A stretch of DNA of 62,889 bases, counting the filler. It is 3 parts of 3 records of this genome, joined end to end, with 100 filler letters (N's around TTAATTAATTAA, not from the genome) between each part and the next. Parts side by side here need not be neighbours in the genome. Positions count along the whole stretch, not along the records: positions 26,166 to 49,466 come from DRR378314_2467; 2 more parts are not named here. The stretch is one strand, 5' to 3'. Under the pieces are notes generated by a model, which was given only the letters and a program-made list of their open reading frames with translations, made no database searches and was not told where the DNA came from. Each line of letters begins with the position of its first letter. The first letter of the stretch is position 1. Below are positions 29,693-40,295 of the stretch, piece by piece. The translations under genes and the position numbers were made by a program.

Positions 29693-30496
29693 TCACTCGT
29701 CGGTTTTGATATCGGGGTGTAATTTGGACAGCGCCGCCACCGCCAATCCATGACCTGACAACAGGAATGGCACCAGCAGAGCCATTCCGACCGCACCTGA
29801 CAGGAATGAGCCGACCGCGCCGCCGCCCCACACATCCCGCAATGCCCAGTTCACCGCCAGCGCAACAGAAAACGGCACGATGTGCGTAGCAATTCCGGCG
29901 ACAGCGATTTTCAGCGCATGCCCTTTCGTCCAGGGCCAAGTGCGAAACACAAGGGTCTGCCCGGTCGCAACCGTGGCTGATCCAACGAGCAAAAGCCTGA
30001 GCGCCATGAAGAACAACACCGCCGCGCCCGCCAGACAGGCGAGGATCAGCACGGCGCCATAGGCCGTCGGCAACATATCCACCAGCGCGGCCTGCACCAC
30101 TTCCGGCGGCGTCTCCGCATCTACATCCACCCGGCCCGAGGCCTTGAGCAGAATTCCGGGCAGGACCAACAGGAAGAAACCAACGAAGACACCGACAAAC
30201 AGGAAGGCGACATAAATCGACAAATTGGCATGCGCCAGTCGCAACCTATCGCCCGTCCGCGTCTTCAGCATCGCGCGATAGACGACCAGCGAAAACTCCA
30301 CGCCGACGAAAAATACGACCAGCGCGGCGATCGCCGGCGCTGCATCGCCCATTGCAGACCCCGGCCCGATGGCAAACGTGTAGATCCCGCCCGCTACGAT
30401 CAAGGCCAACATGATGATCAGGCTGGGCCGTGCAGCTTTGGCAGCCAGTGACCAAGCCTCAGAAGCGAGCGCGGGAATCGAGAGTTCACGTGTCAT
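29693..30496 (-). CDS. Uncharacterised polytopic membrane protein
   Basis: Hydrophobic [17 protein letters not shown] resembles the motif of its two neighbours; divergent from trmFO. Confidence 0.8.
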   Translation of the reverse strand: MTRELSIPALASEAWSLAAKAARPSLIIMLALIVAGGIYTFAIGPGSAMGDAAPAIAALVVFFVGVEFSLVVYRAMLKTRTGDRLRLAHANLSIYVAFLFVGVFVGFFLLVLPGILLKASGRVDVDAETPPEVVQAALVDMLPTAYGAVLILACLAGAAVLFFMALRLLLVGSATVATGQTLVFRTWPWTKGHALKIAVAGIATHIVPFSVALAVNWALRDVWGGGAVGSFLSGAVGMALLVPFLLSGHGLAVAALSKLHPDIKTDE

Positions 30497-30591
30497 ATCA
30501 GACTCCTTACACGCCTCTCCGCGCCCTCGCCACGGGGAATCACGGCAACCGCCATCTTGACGCCGCCGCGCTTGCCCCGCACATCCCGCGC

Positions 30592-32010
30592 ATGAGCATC
30601 AAACCTATTCATATCATTGGCGGCGGCATGGCCGGTTCCGAAGCGGCCTGGCAGGCGGCAAATGCTGGCGTTCCCGTCATCCTGCACGAAATGCGCGGTG
30701 TCAAAGGCACTGATGCCCACCAGACCGACAAGCTGGCCGAACTCGTCTGTTCGAACTCCTTCCGCTCGGATGATCATGAATCCAACGCTGTCGGCGTGTT
30801 GCACGAAGAGATGCGCCGCGCGAACGGGCTGATCATGCACACCGCGCACGACCATCAGGTACCTGCGGGCAGCGCACTGGCCGTTGACCGGGAGGGCTTC
30901 GCCGAAGCGGTCACCGCCAAGCTGGAAGCGCATCCGAACGTCACCATCGTGCGCGAAGAGATTGATGGCATTCCGCCGGAAGACTGGGACAGCGTCATTG
31001 TCGCGACAGGACCGCTGACCTCGCTGAAGCTGGCCGAGGCCATCCATGCGCACACAGGCGAAGACGATCTCGCCTTTTTCGATGCGATTGCACCGATTGT
31101 CTATTTTGACTCCATCGACATGACCAAGGCGTGGCGCCAGAGCCGCTATGACAAGCCCGGCCCGGGAGGCGACACGGCCGCTTACATCAACTGCCCGTTG
31201 GATGAAGGCCAGTACAACGCCTTCATCGACGCACTGATCTCTGGCGAAAAGACCGAGTTCAAGGAATGGGAAAAGAACACGCCATATTTTGAAGGCTGCC
31301 TGCCCATCGAAGTCATGGCGGAGCGGGGGCGCGAAACGCTACGCTATGGCCCGATGAAACCTGTCGGCCTGACCAATCCCCACCAGCCAGACATCAAGGC
31401 GCACGCCATTGTGCAACTGCGTCAGGACAATGCCCACGGTACGCTCTGGAACATGGTCGGCTTCCAGACCAAGCTGAAATATGGCGCACAAACCGAAATC
31501 TTCCGCATGATCCCCGGACTTGAAAAAGCAGAGTTCGCGCGCCTTGGCGGCATTCACCGCAACACCTTCCTGAACTCACCAAAGCTGCTGGATGAACAAC
31601 TGCGCATGAAGTCCCTCCCACGGCTTCGCTTCGCTGGTCAGGTCACCGGGGTTGAAGGCTATGTCGAAAGCGCTGGCATGGGATTGCTGGCAGGCCGGTT
31701 TGCGGCGGCTGAGCGCCTTGGCCGCCCCTTGGCACCGCCGCCGGAAACGACTGCGCTTGGCTCCCTGATCCGCCACATCACGGGCGGACACCTCGAAGGC
31801 AAGGCGACTTTCCAGCCAATGAACGTGAATTTCGGCCTGTTTCCTGACATCACCGAATTTCCGAAACATGGGCCAGATGGCAAACGCCTGCGTGGCAAGG
31901 ACAAAGGCCGCGCCAAGAAACGCGCCATGGCCGCCCGCGCGCTCAGCGATTTCGATGTCTGGCTCACGAAACAATCCGACTTGCTTGAAGCGACAGGAAC
32001 GCTCACGTGA
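30592..32010 (+). CDS. trmFO: Methylenetetrahydrofolate--tRNA-(uracil-5)-methyltransferase TrmFO (Gid)
   Basis: [67 protein letters not shown]; start ATG 30592. Confidence 0.97.
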   Translation: MSIKPIHIIGGGMAGSEAAWQAANAGVPVILHEMRGVKGTDAHQTDKLAELVCSNSFRSDDHESNAVGVLHEEMRRANGLIMHTAHDHQVPAGSALAVDREGFAEAVTAKLEAHPNVTIVREEIDGIPPEDWDSVIVATGPLTSLKLAEAIHAHTGEDDLAFFDAIAPIVYFDSIDMTKAWRQSRYDKPGPGGDTAAYINCPLDEGQYNAFIDALISGEKTEFKEWEKNTPYFEGCLPIEVMAERGRETLRYGPMKPVGLTNPHQPDIKAHAIVQLRQDNAHGTLWNMVGFQTKLKYGAQTEIFRMIPGLEKAEFARLGGIHRNTFLNSPKLLDEQLRMKSLPRLRFAGQVTGVEGYVESAGMGLLAGRFAAAERLGRPLAPPPETTALGSLIRHITGGHLEGKATFQPMNVNFGLFPDITEFPKHGPDGKRLRGKDKGRAKKRAMAARALSDFDVWLTKQSDLLEATGTLT

Positions 32011-32300
32011 CAATGATCGAGTGCGACAAACATGGACCCCATGAGGCGACCTTTGTCTGTTCGCACATTCTCGAAACACTCCGAACAAAAACGCCTCGAG
32101 GTTTCAATTGGGATTTTGACGAGGAAGGCGGCATCCAAGCATTCTGCGATTCCTGCTGGAACGCGACCGATGAGGAATGGCTCGAAATCAGCGCCGACAC
32201 CTGCCGCATGATCTGCCTCGGTTGCCTCAAAGACGCGGCGGCGATCAACGGCTTCGAATTTGATCCGGAGCCTTACCGCAACGCCGAAGGCAAAGCATGA
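32007..32300 (+). CDS. Small acidic Cys/His-rich hypothetical protein (putative metal-binding)
   Basis: [20 protein letters not shown]; 4-nt overlaps with both neighbouring genes. Confidence 0.75.
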   Translation: MTMIECDKHGPHEATFVCSHILETLRTKTPRGFNWDFDEEGGIQAFCDSCWNATDEEWLEISADTCRMICLGCLKDAAAINGFEFDPEPYRNAEGKA

Positions 32301-33277
32301 GAGTCCTGCTGACCGGATCGACCGGCTGGCTGGGCCGCCATCTTGCCCCGCGCCTTGCCGCGCTCGGCCATGAGGTCACGGGCCTCGACGTCGCCCCCGG
32401 CCCGCACACGCAGGTGATCGGCAGCGTCGCCAGCCGCACCACGGTCGACCGCGTCTTCGCGGATCACAGCATCGAATCCGTCATCCATGCGGGCGCCCTG
32501 CACAAGCCGGACATTTCCCGCTTCCCCGCGCAGGCCTTCATAGACACCAATGTCACCGGCACGCTGAACCTGCTCGAAGCCGCCGTCGCGGCGGGGCATG
32601 ACCGGTTCGTGATGACGTCCACAACGTCGCTGATGATCTCGCAGGCCATCCGCGATGAGGTGTCGGACCACGCCATCTGGCTCGACGAGGCCCACGCCCC
32701 GCTGCAACCGCGCAACATCTATGGTGTCACCAAACTGGCCGCCGAGAATCTTTGCCGCCAGATGCAAGGCGAGACCGGCATGGGCGTGATCGTGCTGCGC
32801 ACCTCCCGCTTCTTCCCTGAAGATGACGACACGCATGACCACCCGCCCGCCGATAATCTGAAGGCAAACGAGTTCCTTCATCGCCGCCTGACGGTGGAGG
32901 ATGCCGCCGATGCCCATATTGCCGCGCTGGAGAAGGCCCCGGAGATCGGTTTCGGCGTCTATATCGCGTCCGCGCCGACGCCCTTCCAGCGATCCGACTG
33001 CGCCGGACTGAAGCGCGATGCCGCCGCCGTCATCCGGCACTACTTCCCGGAGGCGGACGCGCTCTATGCGGCGCGTGGCTGGATACTGCCGGACACAATC
33101 GGGCGGGTGTATGATGCCTCCCGCATGGAACAAGACCTCGGCTTCCGCCCGGCGACAGATTTTGGCAGTGTCCTCTCCGCTCTGAAGACCGGCGCGCCGC
33201 TGCCTTTCCAGCACGACAGCGGCTACGTCTCGCCCAGCACGCTCGGCGCGGCGCTTGTCTCGGAGGACTGCGCATGA
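32297..33277 (+). CDS. NAD-dependent epimerase/dehydratase (extended SDR)
   Basis: TGSTGWLG, HAGALHKP, NVTGTLNLL, YGVTK. Confidence 0.93.
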   Translation: MRVLLTGSTGWLGRHLAPRLAALGHEVTGLDVAPGPHTQVIGSVASRTTVDRVFADHSIESVIHAGALHKPDISRFPAQAFIDTNVTGTLNLLEAAVAAGHDRFVMTSTTSLMISQAIRDEVSDHAIWLDEAHAPLQPRNIYGVTKLAAENLCRQMQGETGMGVIVLRTSRFFPEDDDTHDHPPADNLKANEFLHRRLTVEDAADAHIAALEKAPEIGFGVYIASAPTPFQRSDCAGLKRDAAAVIRHYFPEADALYAARGWILPDTIGRVYDASRMEQDLGFRPATDFGSVLSALKTGAPLPFQHDSGYVSPSTLGAALVSEDCA

Positions 33278-34029
33278 GGCTGGCCGTTACCGACCCCGGC
33301 GTGCCCGAAATATTTCTTTCGCTGCAGGGCGAGGGTGTCTCGGCTGGCAAGCCGAGCGTGTTTGTGCGCTTCTCCCAGTGCAACCTTCACTGTGCCTGGT
33401 GCGATACGGCCTATACCTGGAATTTTCAGGGAACGGAGTTTGTTCATCGTGATGACGCGCTCGGTGCACCGCGGAAGTTTGATCGCGCCGCCGAAACGGT
33501 CGATGTATCCGTTGAAACGCTTGTTGCGCGCCTGATTGAGCAGTCCTGTCGTCGCATCATCTTTACTGGCGGCGAACCTCTGCTGCAGCAGCGCGACTTG
33601 GGTGTGCTGATCCAACGGTTGAAGGCGACGGATCCAGACTTCTACATCGAGATTGAAACAAATGGGTCGATCAAACCGGCCGGGCTCGCGGCAGAGCTGA
33701 TTGATCAGTTCAACGTTTCTCCCAAACTTGCACATTCCGGCAACGCGGCCGCCATCCGCCTGAAACCGGACGTGCTGGCCTTCTATGCCGCTGACCCGCG
33801 TGCGAATTTCAAGATTGTCGTCGCTGACCCATCAGACCTCGAAGAAGTCCATGAATTGGTTTCAAGTTCCGGCATGCCACCCGCGCGAGTCTGGCTGATG
33901 CCGGAAGGCCGGACGCCGCAAGAATTGCGGTCGCGCGAACGCTGGTTGGCGGAGGCTTGTCTCAAGGCCGGCTACAATTTCACCGACCGCCTGCACATCC
34001 ATCTCTACGGAGATACGCGCGGTACTTAG
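33274..34029 (+). CDS. queE: 7-carboxy-7-deazaguanine synthase (radical SAM)
   Basis: EIFLSLQGEG, CNLHCAWCDT, FTGGEPLLQ, IETNG, VSPKL, RLHIHLYG. Confidence 0.92.
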   Translation: MRLAVTDPGVPEIFLSLQGEGVSAGKPSVFVRFSQCNLHCAWCDTAYTWNFQGTEFVHRDDALGAPRKFDRAAETVDVSVETLVARLIEQSCRRIIFTGGEPLLQQRDLGVLIQRLKATDPDFYIEIETNGSIKPAGLAAELIDQFNVSPKLAHSGNAAAIRLKPDVLAFYAADPRANFKIVVADPSDLEEVHELVSSSGMPPARVWLMPEGRTPQELRSRERWLAEACLKAGYNFTDRLHIHLYGDTRGT

Positions 34030-34034
34030 GCGCG

Positions 34035-34682
34035 CTAAACCTTCCCGCTGCGGATTGCCTGCAGAACGCTAAGGCGCTTTTGAAGCGGGTTCGGTGTCTT
34101 GCCTTCGATGTAGAATTTACGCAGGCGAAAGTGCGCAATCGCGGGCCGGATGGGCTTCGGTGCAGGCGTAAGGATTGGACCAAACGCCTTCGAGTCCGAA
34201 CGGCGCGCGGCAGAAAAATAGGGCGCCACGTCGCGAATCTCCTCGGCCCAGTCATGTATCGGCGTTAGCACATTTGCCGCCGTCAGGGCGAGCCACGCCT
34301 CGGGCTCAAGCGAGCGGTCTTCGGCCTCGAACGCGCCTTGATAGCCATCGATCAGCTTGTGCAGCGCACCCGGCTTCAGACGCCCTGCGTCGATCTCTTC
34401 CTTGAGCGCCTTTGCCACATCGTGCTCGCGCACCTTGCCCGCTTCGATCTCTGAAACGGCATCGCGCCACCATTGGAACCGGATCAGTCCCAATCCCTCT
34501 TCGGTGACCACCAGACGCACCCGCGCCAGCTCATAGGCCAGCGCATAAAGCGCGATCAGCGCGCGGCGTTCACTTGCCCCGGCATAACGGCTTGAAATCC
34601 AGCGATCCTCGTCTGCCCGAAGGATCCGCTTGTCGATTGCGGCCCATTGAGTTTCCGAAAGAGGGTTGGTCGGGTTTGACAT
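34035..34682 (-). CDS. Squalene/phytoene synthase-like protein (NDUFAF6-like, probably non-catalytic)
   Basis: DEDRWISSRYA..LIALYALAYELARV..GLIRFQWWRDAV pattern; no DDxxD motif seen. Confidence 0.75.
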   Translation of the reverse strand: MSNPTNPLSETQWAAIDKRILRADEDRWISSRYAGASERRALIALYALAYELARVRLVVTEEGLGLIRFQWWRDAVSEIEAGKVREHDVAKALKEEIDAGRLKPGALHKLIDGYQGAFEAEDRSLEPEAWLALTAANVLTPIHDWAEEIRDVAPYFSAARRSDSKAFGPILTPAPKPIRPAIAHFRLRKFYIEGKTPNPLQKRLSVLQAIRSGKV

Positions 34683-34747
34683 GCAACCCATATGTGGGAA
34701 GACGCGTAATTAGGCCAGATACTTTGCTGCAAGAAAGGACGCCCAAA

Positions 34748-35356
34748 ATGGCATTTTCCCTCCCTGATCTCCCTTATGAGCGCGACGCCCTGGCGCCGCA
34801 CATCTCCGAGGAGACCTTGAACTTTCACCACGGCAAGCACCACGCTGCCTATGTCAACAACCTCAACGGCCTGATCGAAGGCACAGACCTCGAAAACGAG
34901 TCTCTGGAATCGATCATCAAGACCGCCGCTGCTGATAGCGGCAAGGCAGGCCTGTTCAACAACGCTGCCCAAGTCTGGAACCACACCTTCTACTGGCACT
35001 GCATGAAGCCATCTGGCGGCGGCAAACCGCACGGCAAAGTGGCAGAGCTGATTGACCGCGATCTCGGCGGCTACGACCAGTTCGTGAAAGACTTCAAGGC
35101 AGCAGGCGGTGGCCAGTTCGGCTCTGGCTGGGCCTGGCTCGTTTACAAGGATGGCAAACTGCACATCACCAAGACACCAAACGCCGAAACGCCAGTCACC
35201 GATATGGGCGCAACGCCAGTCCTGACCATGGATGTCTGGGAGCACGCCTACTATCTCGACTACCAGAACAGCCGTCCGAACTATATGGACAGCTTCATCA
35301 ACAATCTCATCAACTGGGATTTCGTGAACCAGAATCTCGCTGACGCGGGCGCCTGA
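34748..35356 (+). CDS. sodB: Iron superoxide dismutase
   Basis: LPDLPY..LAPHIS, HHGKHH, Fe-type NNAAQVWNH, FGSGWAWL, DVWEHAYYLDY; RBS AAGGA upstream. Confidence 0.96.
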   Translation: MAFSLPDLPYERDALAPHISEETLNFHHGKHHAAYVNNLNGLIEGTDLENESLESIIKTAAADSGKAGLFNNAAQVWNHTFYWHCMKPSGGGKPHGKVAELIDRDLGGYDQFVKDFKAAGGGQFGSGWAWLVYKDGKLHITKTPNAETPVTDMGATPVLTMDVWEHAYYLDYQNSRPNYMDSFINNLINWDFVNQNLADAGA

Positions 35357-35399
35357 TTCGGGCTATGGTCCCTTCGTCATATGGACGAGGGGACCGCCC

Positions 35400-36062
35400 A
35401 TGTATTGCACGAATTGCGGACAGAAGCTCGGGGATGGCCACCGCTTCTGCGCCCATTGCGGAACGGAAGCTGCTGCAAATACTTCGCCCGCCACACCGCC
35501 ATCCATTCCACCGCAAACAATTGACCTAAGCCTAGACTGGCGCAGCTCCATGAATGTTGGAGAGATCGTCAATCACCCTGACGTACGCGCTCGCATCGTT
35601 CGGGTCACAGGGGCTACGCCGCAGGGCATGACCGCCGAGCAATTCTTCAAATATGCCGAGCCCGTCATGGCTGCTGCAGGCGCCGGGGGAATTCCGCTGG
35701 GAGCTATCAAGGACATTGCCCTGCCCATGTATGCGCGCATGGGCCTGAAGACGGACCGGGAGATGTCACAGGGGTTTCGGAACACGTTTGGCGAGACCCT
35801 CGCAGCCGTCCTTTGCTCCCTCGCCAGCCGCAGCCAACCCTTGGTCAATATTTCCGAAGCAGGGGACGGATGCATCCTGAATACGAAGATGGCGTCTTCC
35901 ATCCTGTCCTGGGAAGGCAACATGATCGTGACGCTGGAACGCCAGAGCGAAGGCACCTTGTTGAAGGCGACCATCACCGTGCCCGGACAGGCATTTGACT
36001 GGGGGCGCTCGAAGCGCGTGCTGCAGGATCTGATCGACGACGTGAAACGCTATCGGGATTGA
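35400..36062 (+). CDS. Zinc-ribbon domain protein
   Basis: N-terminal MYCTNCG..FCAHCG; remainder not recognised. Confidence 0.85.
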   Translation: MYCTNCGQKLGDGHRFCAHCGTEAAANTSPATPPSIPPQTIDLSLDWRSSMNVGEIVNHPDVRARIVRVTGATPQGMTAEQFFKYAEPVMAAAGAGGIPLGAIKDIALPMYARMGLKTDREMSQGFRNTFGETLAAVLCSLASRSQPLVNISEAGDGCILNTKMASSILSWEGNMIVTLERQSEGTLLKATITVPGQAFDWGRSKRVLQDLIDDVKRYRD

Positions 36063-36256
36063 ATTCGAACTCTAAAAGCGCCCGCTGGCGTGGCCCTCTT
36101 CCATTTATCCACAATTTAGCTTATGTGCAGCGCAACACGACGCTCCGGGCAATGGATTCGCCCGGCCCGCCGAATGCGCACTGAGGCGCTGGACGCGGGA
36201 AATGCGGCCATCAAGGCCGCCGGGTTAGATTAGAAACCATTCCAGGAACGAACACA

Positions 36257-37750
36257 TTGACTGAAGTTACATTTGCCGACCTTGGCCTCGGCCCCAACAT
36301 TCTCAAAGCCGTTACCGAATCCGGCTACACGCACCCTACCCCAATTCAGGCTGAAGCCATCCCGCATGTGATTGGCGGCGGCGACGTTACCGGCGTAGCG
36401 CAAACCGGCACCGGAAAGACCGCGGCCTTCGTGCTGCCGATGATCCACCGCCTCGCCCGCGGTCGCGCCCGGGCACGTATGCCACGCTGCCTGATCCTTT
36501 GCCCGACCCGCGAACTGGCCGCTCAGGTGGCGGAGCAATTCGAAAAGTATGGCAAATACCTCAAGCTCAGCATGGCACTTCTGATTGGTGGCGTCAGCTT
36601 CAAGGAACAGGAAGCCCTGCTCCAGCGCGGCGTTGACGTTCTGATCGCGACACCGGGCCGCCTGATCGACCAGTTCGAGCGCGGCAAGCTGCTTCTCATG
36701 GGCGTCGATTACCTGATCATCGACGAAGCCGACCGCATGCTGGACATGGGCTTCATTCCAGACATCGAGAAAATCTGCGCTCTGCTCCCTCCACGTCGCC
36801 AGACCCTGCTTTTCTCCGCAACGATGCCGCCAGAAATCGCCGGCCTTGCAAAGAAATTCCAGAAAGACCCAAAAAAGATCGAAGTGTCCCGTCCGGCACA
36901 AACAGCCGAGACGATCAAACAGTACGTAGTCAAACTTCCCAATGATAGCGCGAAGGCGAAGCGAACTGCGCTGCGCCGCGTGATTGAGACTTGTGACGTG
37001 AACAACGGCATTGTCTTCTGTAACCGCAAGGTCGAAGTGGACATCGTGGCCGCATCGCTCTCCAAGCACGGTCACGACGCCGCCGCCATTCATGGCGACC
37101 TGCCGCAGGCGGTACGTAGCGAAGTGCTTCAGAAATTCCGTGATGGCGAATTGAAACTGCTGGTCGGTTCAGACGTGGCCGCGCGGGGACTGGACATTCC
37201 GGATGTCTCCCACGTCTTCAACTATGCTCCACCGCCAAAAGACGAAGACTATGTGCACCGCATTGGTCGCACAGGCCGCGCTGGACGCAAGGGTGAGGCG
37301 TACACGCTCGTCTCCCCGGATGATACGAAATCGTGGGGCTTCGTCCTGAAGATGATCCAGCAGGACGTTGAAGAGTTCATGCCTGAAGGCCTGCTCGAAG
37401 AGATCGAAAACCTGCCACCGGAAGAAAGCCGTGGCCGGGGCCGCAATCGTCGCTCTGGACGTGATGACAAACCTCGCGGCGACCGTTCGCGCAGTCGCCG
37501 CCGCGATGAAAACACCGATCGCGTTGAAGAGGTTGCTCCAACAGAAGCCACTGAAGAAAAGGCCAAGCCCGAACCGAAACCGGAGCGCGAGAAAGAAGAG
37601 CGCTCAGAGGACAAACCAAAGCGTGAGCGCGCCTCAAAGCCGAAGCGCGAAAAAGATCGCAAGCGCAAGGATGATGATTTGATCCTGGAGCCTGCGCCCG
37701 ATCGCGTCAAAGGCTTTGGCGACGATATCCCGGCCTTCCTGAAACGCTAG
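36257..37750 (+). CDS. DEAD-box ATP-dependent RNA helicase (RhlE-like)
   Basis: Q motif PTPIQ, AQTGTGKT, PTRELA, TPGRL, DEAD, SAT, ARGLD, HRIGRTGRAG; TTG start behind RBS AGGA; charged tail ending IPAFLKR. Confidence 0.96.
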   Translation: MTEVTFADLGLGPNILKAVTESGYTHPTPIQAEAIPHVIGGGDVTGVAQTGTGKTAAFVLPMIHRLARGRARARMPRCLILCPTRELAAQVAEQFEKYGKYLKLSMALLIGGVSFKEQEALLQRGVDVLIATPGRLIDQFERGKLLLMGVDYLIIDEADRMLDMGFIPDIEKICALLPPRRQTLLFSATMPPEIAGLAKKFQKDPKKIEVSRPAQTAETIKQYVVKLPNDSAKAKRTALRRVIETCDVNNGIVFCNRKVEVDIVAASLSKHGHDAAAIHGDLPQAVRSEVLQKFRDGELKLLVGSDVAARGLDIPDVSHVFNYAPPPKDEDYVHRIGRTGRAGRKGEAYTLVSPDDTKSWGFVLKMIQQDVEEFMPEGLLEEIENLPPEESRGRGRNRRSGRDDKPRGDRSRSRRRDENTDRVEEVAPTEATEEKAKPEPKPEREKEERSEDKPKRERASKPKREKDRKRKDDDLILEPAPDRVKGFGDDIPAFLKR

Positions 37751-37767
37751 AACCGGAATACCGCACA

Positions 37768-37807
37768 GAAAAAAGCCCGTCAGTCTTTCCTGGCGGGCTT
37801 TTCTTTT
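37768..37807. terminator. Bidirectional Rho-independent terminator
   Basis: AAAAGCCCGTCAG-tctttc-CTGGCGGGCTTTT with A and T tails on either side, between convergent genes. Confidence 0.85.
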
Positions 37808-37823
37808 GTCGTTTCGTAAAGCT

Positions 37824-39260
37824 CTAACGCTTGATACGGCCTTTGACCTGGCCCCGGAACTTGTCGCCATAGGGTGGGCGCATCATGGCCAACATCTCAC
37901 TGCCGGTCTGCGTGTAGACGGCCTTCTTGTGGCTGAACTCCATGAAGCCATCGAGACCATGATAGCTGCCCATACCGGATGGTCCGACGCCACCAAAAGG
38001 CAGGTCTTCCTGCGCGACATGGAAAATCACGTCATTCACGGTCACGCCGCCAGAGGTCGTATTGTTCAGCACAAAGACTTTTTCGCTGGCATCCTCGCCA
38101 AAATAGTAGAGGCCTAGCGGACGGTCATGTGAATTGATGTAGTTCACCGCATCTTTCGTTTCGCCGTAGGACTTGATCGGCAGGATTGGTCCGAAGATCT
38201 CATCCTGCATCACTTTCAGATCATCGCTTGGGTCAACAATGATGTGCGGCGGGATCTTGTGATGCGGCTGCTGGGAGAAATTCTCCCCAGTCGGATTGAT
38301 TTCTATTACCTCAGCACCCTTGTCGCGGGCTTCCTCGATATAGGACATGATCCGGTCATAGTGACGTTGGTTCACAACGGACGTATAATCGTCATTGTCT
38401 TTCAGACCGGTTGGAAACATCGTTTCGACAGCCTTGGTCGCTGCGCCCACGAATTCCTTGGTTTTTTCCTGAGGCACAAAGGCATAGTCCGGTGCCAGAC
38501 AGATTTGTCCGGCATTCAGCGTCTTGCCCGCCATGATACGGCTGGCGGCCTTCTGCATATCCGCAGACCGGCCAAGTACAACTGGGCTCTTGCCGCCAAG
38601 TTCCAACGTCAGTGGCACGAGATTGTCCGCCGCCGCGCGCATGACGTGGTGCGCAATAGAGGTCGCGCCGGTGAAGATCATGTGGTCGAAAGCGAGCTTG
38701 GAAAATTCCGCGCCAATTTCAGGCCCGCCGGTTACGACCGCAACTTCCTCCTCATCATAATACTGCGCAAGGAGCGACTTCATCAATTCAGAGGTCGCCT
38801 CAGTGAACTCTGACGGCTTGATCATTGCGCGGTTACCCGCCGCGAATACGCCGGCTAGCGGCGCAAAGGTCAGGTTAACCGGGAAATTCCAGGGACTGAT
38901 CACCCCGATCACACCCTTGGGCTGGTACTGGATATAGGCTTTGGAGCCAAGCAGGCCGAGCGGGAACTCCACCTTGCGCTTTTCCGGCTTCATCCATTTG
39001 GCGAGATTCTTCTTCGAGAATTTGAGCGCACCAATGGACCCGGCAATATCCGTCAGCGCCGATTGATCGACAGACCGGTGTCCGAAATCCTCGCGCATCG
39101 CTTCCGCCAGCGCATCGCCGTGGGTAACGAGCAAGTCGATGGATTTGTCGATCCACTCGATCCGCTTCGCAGCGCTCGGAATGCCATCGCGAATGTGCGC
39201 GGCTTTCTGGCGGCTAAGAATTGAACTCATGCCGGAACCGGCAGCGCTATCGAGAGCCAT
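37824..39260 (-). CDS. calB: Coniferyl-aldehyde dehydrogenase-like aldehyde dehydrogenase
   Basis: SPWNFP, KPSE, LELGGKSP, NAGQICLAPDY, EIFGP, LPFGGVGPSGMGSYHG, DFGHRS. Confidence 0.88.
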   Translation of the reverse strand: MALDSAAGSGMSSILSRQKAAHIRDGIPSAAKRIEWIDKSIDLLVTHGDALAEAMREDFGHRSVDQSALTDIAGSIGALKFSKKNLAKWMKPEKRKVEFPLGLLGSKAYIQYQPKGVIGVISPWNFPVNLTFAPLAGVFAAGNRAMIKPSEFTEATSELMKSLLAQYYDEEEVAVVTGGPEIGAEFSKLAFDHMIFTGATSIAHHVMRAAADNLVPLTLELGGKSPVVLGRSADMQKAASRIMAGKTLNAGQICLAPDYAFVPQEKTKEFVGAATKAVETMFPTGLKDNDDYTSVVNQRHYDRIMSYIEEARDKGAEVIEINPTGENFSQQPHHKIPPHIIVDPSDDLKVMQDEIFGPILPIKSYGETKDAVNYINSHDRPLGLYYFGEDASEKVFVLNNTTSGGVTVNDVIFHVAQEDLPFGGVGPSGMGSYHGLDGFMEFSHKKAVYTQTGSEMLAMMRPPYGDKFRGQVKGRIKR

Positions 39261-39406
39261 TTGTTTTCCTCCGGGGCGTTTCCTCCGGAAAGTGTAACGC
39301 GCATTGAGCGTTGAACAAAATAAAAAACATTTCCGCTGGGTCAGGCGTTCACGCGAGCGGGGCTAGGCCATAGGATGGCAAAAAACATCCACCGGGAGCG
39401 AAATGC

Positions 39407-40204
39407 ATGGCTTACACGAAGATTTCCTACGAGTTGAAAGGCGACATCGCCATCATCAGTTTCAACGACCCGTCGACGCTGAATGCGTGCGGCGTCGACA
39501 CAGCACAGGAAATGCTGCACGCATTTGAAGTCGCGGCGGATGAGGCGCGCTGCACCATTCTGACAGGCGCTGGCCGTGGGTTCTGTTCCGGCGCGAATCT
39601 CGGCCCCGGCCAATTGGGCGTACAGCTCAGCCATGAAGGGTCCAAGCCAGATGCCGGTCGCGCGCTGACTACGCACTACAATCCACTTATGCAAGCCATA
39701 CGCGAACATCCGCACCCGGTTATTTCCGCTGTGAATGGGCCTGCCGCAGGTGTTGGCTGCTCTCTGGCGCTCGCTGGTGATATCGTACTTTGTGCGGAAA
39801 GCGCCTATTTCCTGCAAGCATTCCGCCGCATCGGCCTGGTACCGGATGGCGGGTCAACCTGGCTGCTGGCGCGCACCATTGGCCGCGTCCGCGCCATGGA
39901 AATGGCCTTGTTTGGCGACAAGGTTCCGGCCGAAAAAGCGCTGGAATGGGGCATGGTGAACCGAATTGTCGCTGATGACGCACTCATGTCCACAGCGATG
40001 GAAATGGCTGAAAAGCTTGCCACGGGGCCAACGGTTGCCCTGTCTCTTGCGCGTGACCTGATCTGGAAAGCCTGCGAGTCCGACTTTGACGAAGCGATCT
40101 ATGATGAACGCATTGCGCAGAGGACTGCGGGGCGCACGGATGATTTCAAGGAAGGCGTCAGCGCATTCCTTCAGAAGCGTCCCGCCGAGTTCAAAGGCAA
40201 GTAA
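39407..40204 (+). CDS. Enoyl-CoA hydratase/isomerase (PaaG-like crotonase)
   Basis: GRGFCSGA, AVNGPAAGVG, IGLVPDGG, DFKEGVSAFLQKR. Confidence 0.93.
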   Translation: MAYTKISYELKGDIAIISFNDPSTLNACGVDTAQEMLHAFEVAADEARCTILTGAGRGFCSGANLGPGQLGVQLSHEGSKPDAGRALTTHYNPLMQAIREHPHPVISAVNGPAAGVGCSLALAGDIVLCAESAYFLQAFRRIGLVPDGGSTWLLARTIGRVRAMEMALFGDKVPAEKALEWGMVNRIVADDALMSTAMEMAEKLATGPTVALSLARDLIWKACESDFDEAIYDERIAQRTAGRTDDFKEGVSAFLQKRPAEFKGK

Positions 40205-40295
40205 TTCACAAGGTTTTAGGGGCGATTCTGAATTCGCTTAAGAATTGTGAAACGGCTTTGTCTTAATCCCGTCAACATTGGATGGGGACAATTCG

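Noticed and set aside
33274-34029. queE as part of a dpd 7-deazaguanine DNA-modification defence island
   Set aside because: No dpdA/tgt, dpdB-K, folE, queC or queD nearby; the context is housekeeping.
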